DNA of 64,000 nucleotides, taken from sequence record OU509535.1. One strand, given 5' to 3'. Under the pieces are notes generated by a model, which did not search any database, was not told where the DNA came from, and worked only from the letters and a program-made list of their open reading frames with translations. Positions 63,457 to 64,000 of this stretch are shown here, piece by piece. The position numbers and the translations under genes were made by a program. Each line of letters begins with the position of its first letter. Positions within the stretch are counted from its first letter, which is position 1.

Positions 63457-64000
63457 TAATACATGGATGTTGGACATTCTTTTTGAAAAGAACGTATGGA
63501 TAAAAACCCGATTAGCCGAAAATGTAACGCTACGGATGAGTATAACCAACATATACGAGATGCAGAGGATACCCGAAAGGCGAGACGGCATCTAAAAGGA
63601 TAGGAAATAGCACTGCCTATCCCAAGCTTACATTAGGCTTGATAGATCGCAAATCTGGTTGAGTCCAGACAAATAAAGAGTGTAAGGGAGATTATTTTCT
63701 TTTAGATATTTTGGAAATAATCACGGTACTGAATTGCTTGAATAGTTCGGTACTGAAGTGCAAGTATGTTTAAACTTGTGACCGTTGCATGTGACTGCGA
63801 TAGGACGAAACAGGGCAACCCGCGTTCGTGTACCGAAAGGTATAATTCGCAATTCAAGGAATTTCGACAGCTACGAGCTTCAAGGCTTAGCTTTTTATTT
63901 CTCTTCCCCTCCCTGTGGGGGGATGAAAATATCTCGTGCAAACGCCTTCAAGTATTGAAATTCACGAAGTGAATTGAAATTACTTGTTCTGTAGTCGAAC
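63457..64000 (+). ncRNA. candidate large structured ncRNA (runs off window)
   Basis: no credible CDS; GC-richer than flanks; many helices (agatgc/gcatct, ggatagg/cctatcc, gaattgc/gcaattc, aattcac/gtgaatt). Confidence 0.6.

Noticed and set aside
63531-63595. Hammerhead-like core (CGGATGA-stem II-GAGA...ATC)
   Set aside because: Two invariant core positions deviate (U4 to G, A14 to G) and stem I has only 2 bp; probably chance within a larger structure.
63702-63972. ORFs 63702-63941(-) and 63766-63972(+); likewise 48858-49055, 51759-51947, 52901-53143 and 53496-53690
   Set aside because: They overlap tRNA, intron or structured-RNA sequence, lack an RBS and have non-phage-like composition.

Overview
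A 64 kb, AT-rich segment of a jumbo dsDNA myophage genome, nearly all on the + strand. Gene content resembles the RaK2/GAP32-type giant phages of Gammaproteobacteria (recognised from memory, not from a search). 1-31 kb is a core region: nrdAB, DHFR, Dda helicase, two-subunit topoisomerase II with an interposed, frameshifted homing-endonuclease-like gene, clamp loader, GroES, IF3, a ClpS-like protein, a TelA/KlaAB-like pair, virion proteins and two T4-holin-like genes on the - strand. 31-48 kb and 53.7-62 kb are accessory regions of small ORFs, including about 15 paralogs sharing a C-terminal E-E-x-F-F-Q-x-S-T/L-x-x-D motif, a NADAR, a C5 methyltransferase, a PTH2 and an HslV-like peptidase. 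48.3-53.7 kb is an RNA island with 7 tRNAs. One (tRNA-CAU, probably Ile2) carries a group I intron next to a freestanding HNH endonuclease. The island also holds three covarying copies of a 50-nt tRNA-like RNA, several ACCA-ended tRNA-like mini-RNAs and further ORF-free structured elements. The window ends with a sigma70-family gene and a promoter-driven, highly structured non-coding region of more than 540 nt. The palindrome AGTACT is strongly over-represented throughout. All alignments, folds and counts were done by eye.
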